From Daphnia carinata (lineage: Eukaryota), in NCBI RefSeq assembly GCF_022539665.2, contig NC_081333.1, positions 8,804,001 through 8,868,000 of the forward strand: a stretch of 64,000 nt of DNA, given 5' to 3'. The notes beneath the pieces were generated by a model. That model was given only the letters and a program-made list of their open reading frames with translations, ran no database searches and was not told where the DNA came from. The position numbers and the translations under genes are program-made. This document shows positions 14,601-27,700 of this stretch, piece after piece. The stretch's first letter is position 1, and the number at the start of each line of letters is the position of its first letter.

Positions 14601-15719
14601 TTTTTGTTTTTGTTTTTATTGCGTCTGAAAAGGATGTTTTGCATATTACCATACAGCGGGGAGGAGGGGGTTGCTTATTGATCGTCAAGTGCACCGAGAA
14701 TTCGGACAACAAAAACAAAAATGAAATGCAGATCATACCGGGGGGAAGGTAACCATACGGGTAAGGGCAGAGTAGGAAAGCAAAAAAGCTGTCATGGTCC
14801 TTTGGGAACTATGAGAGGGAAGGGTGATCAATTTTTGCATAATATTCGAATTTAGATCTGTTTCGACATGTTTCACCAAAGTGGGGGAAAAGGTAGGGCA
14901 TTCAATTTTGACATCCAAGGATGGAGGTAAGGGAAGGAAAAATCGAAAAGTGCAAATAACATGCAAATGATCAACGCCACCAAAACACGGGGGAACGGTA
15001 CAACAGGGGCGATGGCCATAATTTAAATATATTACATTTTAAAAAATCTAATATAAACGAAATTCTTATAAAAAATTGCCTTTCATCGACGATAATCGAT
15101 TGTCCCTCGCAACCCCATTATAGGTTTCTCCCCGTATCCAAAAAAATTTTATTTCCTCATTTTTTTTTTCATACTTATTTATTTTAAAAATTGTATGTAT
15201 ATTCTTTTTTTTTTCCTCATTATTTCCAAGTTTTCGGCACAACACAAGTATTTTTTCTCCTTTTTTATTGCCTCTTTATTATCTTTCCCCTTTGCAAAGG
15301 TGGGCATTATGTGGACGTGGCTTTTTTTTCTTTTTTGATTTCCGCGTCTGGTCGGATCATCATCGGCGGTTTAAGGATCGGGGTCACCGGCATTTGTTCA
15401 TCAGCCAAAAAAAAAAAAAAAAACATATTAAATTTTTTTTTTCTATCAAAATGGATGTCTCGCCGTTCTATAGGGTAAACAGACGTTGCTTTTTTTTTTT
15501 TTTTTTTTTATTCACCGTTCCAAAAAAAAAAAAAAAAGTTGGCGACACTTTGAGTCAACGAGAAGAGGAAAAAAAAAAAAGTGCTATCTGAAAATGGACA
15601 TCATCACGTCTACAGTGGAAGAAGGTAACAAGAAAACTGAACGTTATACGTGCGGCGGGGTCGTCAAAGCCAAACAGCTGAGAAGAAAAAACGCGCACCT
15701 TTTTTTTTTTCAAACTTTT

Positions 15720-15753
<34 letters not shown>

Positions 15754-18700
15754 CCATTTCTTTCTTTGGCTTTTTGGCTTCCATTTTTACGAGCAGAACT
15801 TTTGAAAGAATAAAACGCAGTTCATCTTTTTCTTTCTTCTCGTCGTCTTACGATTTTCCTCTCATCTCGTTCTTTTGTTTTGTTTTCGTGTGTGTGTGTT
15901 TTCGGGCTTTTGCTCTTCCACCTTTTTAGGGCAAGCGAAAAAAAAAAAGGAAGCGACAGATTTATTTGCTGATCGCCATTTTGAGCTGTTCGTTTTTCTT
16001 CTTTCTCCCCATTCGCTCCGCACCGCGTTACGATCCCATTGTGTATGGCGATGGCAAAAAGGAGAAAGTCGAAAGGAAACGATCACCCGATTTGTATGAA
16101 TGTGAAAAAAAGTCATGTCGGCATTATGCAGCCATGAATGGGGAAGTCGTGGAAACCTACTCCCCCCCAAAAAAAATGAGGAGGAAAAAAAAAAACAAAA
16201 AAACCGACATTCGGCAATTTCAATCACGCGGGACTATCGCCACACACTTTCCCTTAAATCTGATTTGATCCAGGTGTATGAATGAGGTCCGACATTCACG
16301 GCCTACAGGGCCTACCCAACAACCAAAATGAATGGGCGCACGTCCATTGTTTATTTTTTTCGTGATCCACCTGTTCCAAAGTTGCTGCATTGCCAGAAAT
16401 GCTTCCATTGAGCCTCTCTGAATCTCATTGATAAAAAGAGAAAAGGTAATAGATGTGTACCAGAAACAGAAACAACGGCAACAAAAAAATGCAACGAAGA
16501 AGGGCCAGACAGTAAGGCAACTGGAAATCAGGCCCAACACGCCTCTCCTTTTCACGACAGCCGGCGTACCTCATGATCTCCGGGAATTCCTTTCTTCGTG
16601 ATGATTCGTTACAACAAACGCCGTTAGGGTGACAAAAAAAAAAAAAACGAAGAGAGCAAAAAAAAAAAAGAAGAAAAAAAGGTCCTAACAGAGGAAACCT
16701 GTTTAGATTAAACGGTAGGGAGCGATAGCAGAATCAACGGATATCTACCTGCGATGCGTAGTATGTTTGAGTTATTCAACATGGCGCACGTTACTGCGGG
16801 TCTCAAAAGTTTCTCCGCCACAGGGGGAGCGTTGGAGTAACTGCTGTTTGAGAGAAGAAAAAAGAAAAGAATTTCCATCAATGCCCTTTTTTTTTGCTAA
16901 AAAAAAAAAAATGGGGGTAGAAAAATGTGCAATATTCAAATAAGGAAGATATAATGGCGACAATCATTTCCCATGAGCCAATACCGCCGTCACACGGTCC
17001 CATCGGATAACCTCATTGAATGAAAATGTTCGACGTGGACGTTCATGTCCATGCCAACTTTTATCCGACATCAATATGCAAATATCTTTTTGGTTTTGTT
17101 TGTTTCGTGAACATCGTTTATCAGTAGTTGCCGATTACAGCGTGGGGCTGTTAAAGAAATAAAGAAGAAGAACCTCGCTCTGGTTTGACCTGGTTTCCTT
17201 GGCGCACTTGACCCCGCCAGACAGCGAGAGCGCATCCATCAAGTATCACACAATCAAAAGAATCTTTTCCCTTCTTTTTTATTTTTTACGTTTGAAGGTA
17301 ACAGTATCTTGTGCTGAGGACCTACATGTAACCACAAACGAGTAGAACAATCCAACAATGCCGTTTGATCGAGCGTTTCAACGTCTTTATGACATCGCAT
17401 GTCTATCATTATTATGACTCTACAAGAATAATGCGAGTTCTCGTGATCTGCTTACACATCAAATCCTACAATAACTAAGTCAATAATAACTCAACGAAAA
17501 TCTGCAATAACATCCTGAGGATAGTTAAACCTTATGCCATCAATGAACTTCTTCGTTTGATATCTAGAATATCTCTGGAACTTTCCGCTAATTGCTGATG
17601 TGAAATACGTAACAAGTTCCGTTTACAGAACCATTTCAACATGTCTACGCAAGTAAGTGAATTTTAAAAAAAGATCACATTTGAATCCCCTAAAAAAAAA
17701 AAACAGAAAGAAAAATGCTACCCCAGTGTGAAAATCATCGCATTCCAAACAGATTGCGTCAATCTTTCCTTAAAAACAGTTCTACCATAGTTGTTTTAAG
17801 TACACACATATACTGGATATATATTAGAGGGGCACTGTATATCTATAAATTTGATGATGATGATGAAGTCGGTGGCCCAACGGCTTTGGAAATAGAAAGT
17901 AGCAGGTGGTCACTCCCTCGTGCGAGTTGCTGGATGGCTGTTTCGCCCGCCGGTGTTAAGCAATAGAGCGAAGAGGATCTCCCACATAAATACACCAATG
18001 ATGCAACACATACAAAAGCATCGCTTAGAAGCTCTCTACCCATTGAAGAAAAAAAAGAAATAATAAAGGATAACTAAATAGAAAATGAAATAAAAATATA
18101 ATTTCCAGACACACACAAAATATGAAGGGCGGGCGCAAACGTTTCACACTCTAACGAATTGATTGATGCTGTTAGCGTGAGTTGCTGCTTTTTTTTGGCC
18201 GCGCTATCATCCGTCGTGCTCATGCGGACATGGAAGAGTCTTCTTCCTTTCTTCCCGAGCCCAATTTCGATTCCTTTTTTCTTGTTCGCTCGCAGCGAAA
18301 ATGCCAGCGTTTTAGGCTTTTAGAGAAAGAAAGAACCGCAAAGCGAAAACTGTTCCACTTATTTGTTTTATTTGACGTTTCGTATTTTTTCCGTTGATGG
18401 AAGCCGACAAAAATTTGAAAATAGTTCATCGACAGATGGGAAGGAACTTTCCCGTTTGCGACTCCTTTTCTCTTACGACGAGACATGTGAAAAAATACAA
18501 AAGGCCATCATAGGAGCGGGTGTTGTCATCGTAGTCACTGTACCGGTCACTTTGAAATGGCTGATAGACATCAAGCGTCGTCTTCCATTAAGTTTGGCGC
18601 AATCACGCGGTTAAACGACATACGTTGTCACAGTCTCCTTCAGATGAGCAAGACATTCCGAGTTGAAAATGCGGGAAATCGTAGCACATTATCGTCATGC

Positions 18701-21700
18701 TGTGGGTGTATTGTATTTAAAATTCTCTCTTCCGTCACTGAATATAGCTAGTTGCTAAATGACAAATCAAACAAAACGAAACCTCAAAACCTCAAAAGAA
18801 AAATCAAATATTGAAAAAAAGAAAGAAGACGAAACGACGTAGCGGAAAAAAGAAACGAAAATCAACCACAACTTTTTTTTTTTTTTGATTGATGGGTTGT
18901 TATGCAATTGGTCCGGAAACATGGCAACGACATAACACATTACAAAGGAAAAAAAAGGGCCATCTGTAGAAAGTTGATCGACATAAATCCAACACAAATA
19001 CCTAATGTGTATTTAATAATAATCACCATAATAAAACTTTGTTTTTTAAACAAACAGAATGACTAAGAAATTAGGAATGAGGTTCCGTTTGTTTTGTTTT
19101 TATTTGCATCTCGACATTCTTTAGCACGATATGCAAATATCATATCTAAAACAGATCGCTGGAAGCAATCACTAGATCTGACAGTTTGAATAAAAAAACA
19201 AATAAATTCAGAGTATAAAAAAAGAAACAAAAAATGCCGGAACAGAATAGAAGACAAAATAAAAGCAATTCACGAACGCGGCGTAATTGTTGTTTGGCAA
19301 GAATCGGGTCGCTCTCTTCTGTACACTCTTTTGTTCACCTAATAGCAACTAAACAATGATGGTCGCTGAGTCTATTTGCTGTACGTTTTTCAATTCATCG
19401 TTTCTCATACCCCGTGACGCTCTCGATGGAAACAAAAAAGGGTGTGCGCTCCACTTTTGTTTACGTACGACGTGGACACGAACGAAAAAAGAAACAAACT
19501 ACTCGCAAAAACCAGAATAAATTCCGCTCCAAAAGTATGGTCGGTGCGGAATTTCAAATCGCCGTAATGATACGATTGTCGGCCATTATTCGAAGCTAGA
19601 GCGGAAGCGCCAGCGTCAATGGCGACCGCGGTGGTCCTCCAAGTGCCGCCACTCACGCTCATTGCCGCTTTCAACGTGATATCTCTGCGACCACTGCCCG
19701 ACGCCCCCAAAAACGATGACCAACTTTTTTTCTTTCTTTCTTTCTTTTCTGGCATTAATCAAATGAATTGGGTTATAACTTCCGATCTGGTTTTAAAGAC
19801 AAAACATGCACATTTGATTTTCACTCGTTTATTTTTTTTTTTTTTTTTTACCTGGGCATCCATCGCGTTTCCACTTGTCAACCTGTCAGGCACACTCGTC
19901 TCTTCCAATAAGCCCATCACAGCTGTCAGGCCTAGTGGTGAACAAGAAAAACAAAACAAAAGAATCACGATGATAACGAGGGCCTTACAGAAGAATTTTC
20001 ACAGAGAGGCCCAGGCTACGTAGTTCTCGTTATCGATGATTTCTTTGATGATTTATAGTGACCACCATGGCTGCTCGGTGAGCTTGGCTTCGTTTTGATT
20101 TTGAAACATTTTCATTTCGATCCACACCCACCTTCCGACTAGGAGAAAGGGGGAAGAAGGAGAAAGAGTCCTTGGCCTCAAAAACCAAATAAGCGTAAGC
20201 ACGCAACATGTCGGCTACACGCTCGATGCCCACGTATACGTCACATACACGTATAGCGTTAGGTGAACCTGTACAGAGACGAGGACTTCTTGAGGGATAA
20301 CCTAGTTGATGTTAGAACGTCTTAAAGAGGATTTACGATGTCGAGAAAAGCAAACAGTTTACAACTGGATGCTATTTTTTTAAAACTCGGCCATTCGTCG
20401 TTCTGAGAAGATAAAACCAAAAATGAATCCAGTTACATCCAGAAAATTCTGTTCCTATTTTTTAGACAAAATAAAAAAAAAAATTCTGGGTCTTCTTTTC
20501 CGCATTTACGACGATACAATTATCACGGTCTTGCCATGTTTTTCCTCGACTTCTTTTCCACTCTTGTTCAACCAGCATCGTTCGAAGTGCTAGTTTACGA
20601 ATTCATTCCAAAAATCCCCGGTCGAAAGTAAAATCCAGAGGAATGTTTCTTCATTTTCTCTTCTACTGTACACGAGTGTATATCGTTTCAATCTTCTGCT
20701 TGGCTGAGGCCCCCTTCGTTTTGGTTATTGATTTTTATCCGCTACATACCATTCACGATGCTCAAAATAGACGCGTACGGGAGGTGGCAGGGATGGCAGT
20801 GATTAGAATAGAAGATTGCCGTACAAAATACGTAGAAATCGGTTGAAAATCGTGCCTGTTTAAAGCTTTCAAAAAAAAAAAAAAAAAGATCTCAGTGTGA
20901 TGACACACGGTCCTATATTACACTACGCACGTCAACATAGTGTATACACCTCCTCACTGACCGGTTAGGACGGTGAATGCCGGCGTAAAGATCCTTGCGT
21001 GTCGATGTTGTGTGTCGGGTAGAAAACAAGAAGAAACGATCGAGACAGCTCTCTGAAGAAAATGATAAAAATGACCAAGGGGGAGCCACGAAAGTCTATC
21101 GCCTTTATTAATGCACGACATGCTCCGGGAGAAAAGAATGGAACTATAACGTCTATACAATTTAAAGGAATATGGAAGGGGGGGGGGAAGAAAAATAAAA
21201 CGTACGGGTATTTTGATTTACATGACCATCTAGTCCTCCTTGACGTATTCTTTGGATCTTTAAAAAAATTTTGGAACTTTGCGGCCTATTATCTATTCGC
21301 CTCTGGCTTGTATTCCAACGCTGTAAATATAAGAGGGTGGAATAAAAAATGGAGAGAAATGAGCTGCTAGATGTTTCGTGTGTTCAACAGAGAAAGCCAA
21401 AACGAAGATGAATACGGTCTTGAATTACCGATTTCGATTATTCCAGACTTTTTTCTTTTTTTTTAAGGCCCGCCGAACGTCCCTATTACAAGATGGCGAA
21501 CGGAGCATAGTATACACAGACAACACTTTCTCCTCGCTGGAATGTCTACAAGTGCCAGCGTTGTGTGTGTGTATAGGGGGTAGGTGGAGGGGGAAAAAGA
21601 GAAAACCTTCTTAGAAGCACCTGACTTCTTTCATCTACTATAGACGAACTCGAACCCTTTTAACCTTCTCTTTCTTTTCTCCTTTCCCCATTCACCTCAG

Positions 21701-24700
21701 GCTGATTGGCTATGCCCCTGATGCAATCAAAAAAACCCAAAAGCAACAAAACACTGTCTACCTTTTTTTTTTTTACGTGCCACCAACGATGGGGTTAGAA
21801 AAAAACTTCATCACGCCGTGACTGTCAAACACACACGTACGCCAGACTTTGGTCAGGAATGGTTGACTGTACTAAATAATGCCCTGCTGTCTGGGATTGT
21901 TTCGTCTGTTCCCTAACGAAAAGATAACACGAACGAAATTTAGACGATCCCACATTTCACTCTCTCCTTTCCTCCAGCTCCGTACGTGTTCGCCATGTTT
22001 TCAGTGGGGGAGCCTGAACGAGATTGTTGTCGGAAGAGAAAGGCAGAAAGTTATTTATTTATTTTTTTTTTTTTGTGAGTGTACGAGTGTGCTCATCGTA
22101 TAAGAGCCTCATGTCAATTGCTACGTGATTAGTTTGCCTGATGAATGAGTTGCCCTGCCACGACTCTTCAGCCATCAGCTAGAGGCCATAGCAGTCGACC
22201 TCTAGCCTTCCACCTGTTGCATACCTGTTGCTCTCTTTTTCTTTTTTTTTTTTAAACAAACTATGTGATGATCTCATGTCGTTGATGACGTTCTTCCAAA
22301 CTGTGTGACTTCGTTAGACAATGAGACATGTGCTACCTAACAGAGGTGACAAGGATGAAGACAGAATTTGTGATAATGCAGCGATTGTTTTGCTAGAAAG
22401 AAAAGAAAAACTATCAATAGAAATGGAGATTGAAAAATCGCTTTGAGTCACGCACGGCAAGTTCTTCACGAATATTTTGCCGATCGTTTGCATGTAAAAG
22501 ACGTTCTGTAATAATGTCGTATAGTTATACAGGAGGATCTCGGAAAAATATCCTTTTGTTTTTATCACAATCATTACGGCGCAGGTAGACTGATTGCTCG
22601 TTCACCTGGCTCTATACTAGTTGATTAGAGAATGCACCATCATTCCAACACACATAAAAAGCTTCAATTACAAATTATACAGAGAAAGAGAAATAAAACA
22701 TTTAATATGACCTGGGTTTAGTTGTTTTCTTGTCTATCATCTCTGTTTCTTTTGTCCGCAATATCAACGTCGATGACCAGCCAGTCTCGTGCGTGATGGA
22801 GAGCTATATCGTACTTCTACTAACTGCTTTAAACAAAAATTCAAAAAGGAAACTGAGCTGATGTTCACCTTAGCCAACATTCTCTGCAGACCAAACAAAC
22901 AAAATAAGTACATATACGTCCGTATAAATAAATGTGTCGTGTCACGATACAATGCTGCACACAGTTACAAGAAGAAACTGTCCAGACTTCTAAAGAATAG
23001 AATTGAGAAAAAAAAAGAGCTCGGCATCGTCAGGTGTGCACGCTATACGAAAGCCTCTTTTGCGTGCTAGGTCTTTCTGTCCTATTCTTTAAAAGACATT
23101 GGGCGTGAGGGCGTTTACGCTTTACTGCCGTACGAGATGATTTCCCCAGACATTCCAAAAATAGAGGAAGACGTTGTAAAAACGCCAAAAGAAAATGAAA
23201 TGACACCATCAACTTCTTTTTTTTTTTCCTTTTTAATGGTTCACATTTTTCCTTCTAGCAGCTTCGAATGGCTTCTTCCCTTTGCCTTGATTCCTCATTC
23301 ATTATAGACCGTATAGTAGCACGAAAAGAAATGACCCGATTTAGTTGGAATTACCACAGCGAGCTTCCCCCCATTTAACTTTGGACGCATGGTTTGTTTG
23401 CGCTCGTTTTACCTCACGTTATTCAAAGAATTTTACCAAAATGACATTGTTCTGTTTAAAAACTAAGAGTTCCAGATGGTTACAATGTCTTTTGTTCATG
23501 TGATGGAAACAGAACGACTTGAAATCATTCGAAAAAACAAAGTCGATCTCGTCTATCCTTTCACATGCAACAAAATAAATCTCTTTTGATTATGGATGGA
23601 AAAAAATTGCATCATTCTTTTGTTCCTTTTTGAAGTTTGTCACGTCAACTGACGGTGACTCAAAAAAAAAAAAAAGATTTAGGTTTCCCAAATATTTCCC
23701 CTAAAGGTCTGGGTCGTTTAGCCGAATGAATGAATTTATTTTTGGGGCCGTCTGTGCGTGTCTATGTGGCCCACATGTCTTTTAAACTCCCTCCCTCAAT
23801 GTCTAACCATAACAGACCATTTTGCTACGTCTTCTCTACCTTCAACCTGACCCGGAGGCTCGCGCGCGAGCTTTTAGTTGATGAGAGAAAGTTTGTCTCC
23901 TTTAGTTTTTTTTCTTTTTTTTTTTTGACCCTTTAAATGGTTCGCTCTAAGTTAGTCTTTCCTGTCATCTTTCGCTCTCTCTCTAGGACGTTCTTCAGAA
24001 TTTGATGGCCGACAAGTCTACACTGTAGATTAAAATAGAGAGCAAAGAAAACAAAAAAGAATGTAAAGAGAAAAAGCTATAAGAAAAAAGAGACAAATAG
24101 TTTGGCCAATGAAAATGTTGGAGCATCTTTTTTGGACGGGCCGTTTACAGCGACGGGCGAAAGTCAAAGAGCAATAATGGCACCTGTTATTGATTGGCTC
24201 GTATATTGCTGATACACGTGTATTGTTTGGCGTTTTTTTTGTGTGTTTGCCTCCCAGTGTGTGGCAGTGTGTACATTTGGGATTGCAGGTGTAGGTACAC
24301 ACAGTCCATGATGGATGTGAGATATTTACCCCACGAGCAATGCTTTGACCGGCTTAGTTTGACTTCAGAGTATTTTTCGTTTTTTTTTTTTGAGTCCTTT
24401 ATAGTAAGCCAACGAAACGAGATAGGTACAAGAGCCACAAGCGAAAGAATCATCGACTGTAATTAGATTCAAAACTGGCGGCTGACCCTTATAGTTCCCG
24501 AAATAAATCGCTTTCTCACGCTACGAAGGCGTAGCTGATAGAAGCGGGATGGCCGGAATTTTTCAATATCGCTAGCGCAACGATTCTTTAAAGAAGACAA
24601 GCTCTAGGGCATCACAGGTAAATTAGATAGTCTAATTTCCCATTCAATATGGGAAAGGGAAAAATATGAATCAAGCCCAGCATATTAACATGTCCCAATT

Positions 24701-27700
24701 AAATTCGTTTTTTTTTAATTTGCTCTTGATTTATTAAAAATGGATCTCTTTTCTCATATGCATTCGAAAAATTCCTTTACCGCAAGAGGAAATTGAATGA
24801 AACCCAAGAGAAAAATGCCTTATAATTTTAACATGAGAACGACGCAAAAAAAACTTTCGATTCTTGCTAGCATGTAAATAAGTAAAAAGGAAAAGAAAAC
24901 ATCAATAAAAAAAACAAAAACAAAATAAATATGGAGACGATGAGGAATGTGGAACCTTTTTGTCGAGTCAATGCCAGCTCATTTTGAGGCCGGTCATTAG
25001 AGTCATCAGTCCGATGAAGAGTCTATATAGCCAGGCGAAAAAAAAAGAAAAGAAATACTAAAATAATAATTTGAAAAAAGAAATATATATTCAAAGCCTA
25101 CCAGGAGAAAGTTTGGTTCTGTTTTTCTTATGTTGTTGTCCTAAACATCGTCCTCTCTCATAATGGGAAACCTGCTCCTCCACATCTCCTTCTGTCTCAT
25201 TCCGAGTTCCATAGGTAAGAAAGAAAACCAATGGAGCGGTTCCCTATATGTCTTTCAATATTCCTTTTTTTTCTTCTTCTTCTTTTCTTCTTCTTCTTCA
25301 CATGTGAAATGTGTTTTTGTTTGTCCAACTTCCCTCCGGTGCATTTTTTATTTTCTCTCAAAAAGCCAAATGGAAGCCTGTACACGATTGCTTAACTTGT
25401 AGTATAGAAGAGACATTCTTTTTTATTCGTCCCTCTAAGCCCGAAATGGAAGCAAAAAAAAAAAAACACACAGCGTCCTTAAAGTCTGTGTCGAGCATAG
25501 CTAATGAGAATCGTCTCTCTCACTTTCTCCACGCGCTCCGACACGCTCACACACACGTTCACACGAAAGAAAAAAAAGGTTACATAGCTTTAAGGCAATC
25601 GTATTATCGTCTAATAGTGTCTTGCACTTAGTTGAATTCCAAAAATAGGAGAAAAAAAAAAGCGTGATCCGAAACAATTTGGGAACAAATTACATACATT
25701 GAATTTCGAATGGCGTGGGATAGCCTGAAAATATATCCTTCCGGTATTTAACAAGAACACAAAAATGGAAAGTGTATTTTCCATGGGCTGTATGCGAAGC
25801 CTGTGCAACATTTGTTAGTGCGTTCAGCGGGATAATGCGATCCATCCAACCGTGCGGCACGGTGCGGTTTTCATAAATACGTTGCGATCGAAAGTTTGCT
25901 TTGCCGCGTGTTTAGTTTTATTGGTTTTTCCAAGGAAAACAAGAAAACAACATTAATGGAGTGATGATTGAAGACCGGAAATCAAATTGCAAAAGATAGT
26001 TGCTCATTTTTTCTTTTTTTTTTTTTTGGAAGAAAAAAGAGAAAGGCCCACCTTCCGCAATAAGGCAGCGGTTGGCTACAGGTCTCATTATGATAATTTG
26101 TGTACTCAACTGCACCTGCTTTTATAGCGTCACTTTACATACACGACTCTATGGGTAACTACGGTTTCCGTTTAGCCTCGGGGAAATTGCTTTTCCAATT
26201 TGGTTTTCCCGACAAAACAGACGCACACGACTCACCGCGAGAACGTGTAAATGCTCGCGCAACTCTGGTCATAATAGACACACCTGTGTCTACATTAGTG
26301 GTGTGTCAGTAGACGACACGACACGGGGGGGGTCTTTCCCCCGGTCGGCTGGGCGCAGAGCTCTCTCACAGAATTGCCTTTGAAATGATGTACACTAAGA
26401 TGACGTAAGAAAACTTTCAGTAGTAGTTCATTTTAGAAATATTTTCAACTTGCGTCTTGTGCGCTTTTCGAAGAGGACAACGTTTAAAAACGGACACGAA
26501 GACTGATGATGTAAGATTGATGACCGATTGACTCTTCCGATTAAGCCGAAAGAGAAAGTGGAGAAAGAGAGAAAGTTGCACATATCGAGAGGATGAAAAC
26601 TACATACCACAGTTGTTTTTTGTTTTTTTTATTATTATTTAGTACTTAATGAAATCCTCCATCAGATATGCAAAAGAAGACAAACGTTTAATAGAGATTC
26701 ACCAGGCAAACATGCTCCCCGCTGTGAACTGTGCATCTTCTTGGCTTGTAAACAAGTCAGCAGTTGATCAAAAGCTAGTCCCCCCGGTCAGTTCGTGAGC
26801 TAGTGCGTAACGTATGGAGTACTTTCATGCACGTGGAAAAAAGGAGTTAAACGGAGAAAAGATGCAAAGTTTGTGTGTATGTATATGCAGCGGAGAAAAT
26901 AAGCAGCTCATCTCTCTCTCTCTCTCTCTCTCCCTTTGACCTGGTTGTGTTGGCCTGGCTATTTGGGATGGAGAAAACGCTCTCTCTCGATTCACCTCTC
27001 AAAAACAACTGTTGGCTTTTTTTTTTTTTTTTTTCATTTCTTCTGTACACCGGGGTTCATCGCCGCCCATTTGCATATTATAGTGGGACATCCATATGAA
27101 ACAGCTGAATCGCGTCGTATCTACTGGCAAGGCCCGATGAACGGCACTGTTCATATCGTGACTTCAGTTTGCTGGTCCTGAGAAACAGGAAATAAAGAAA
27201 GAAAAAAAAATGCGAAGTAAGACATGCCCAAGGAGAAGATCCGATGCTACCACCAACCGAGTCTCAACAAAGTTTTGTTGTCGAGGGCCAGGTCGACGGG
27301 TAGACGATGTTGAATCGTCACCGTTTTCCTCATTGAAAGGCAAGTTTTGAAAAAAAAAAAAAAAGAGTGCGCCTCCAACAGCTTTGATCAATTATACACG
27401 CTACAATGAAAACAAAACAAAAAAAAAGAAATAAAAATCGCTGGACCTATAAACCAATGCATGAGCGGACCATCAAACCCCACCTTGGGATTGGCATACG
27501 AACTCGCCCTATAACAGTACCAACAAAAAGAAGGAACAATTTAAATATAACGTGACCAAGGTGTTTTTCTTTCTATTTCAACACCTCGCGTGTTTCGCAT
27601 TTCATTTGTTTTATAAATAGCCAGGTTACTCTTGTTTCACGAAAATCATGAATGGTTGATGTTGGGTGCGTTTCGGTTCAGATCTCATGCTGAGCGCGCA

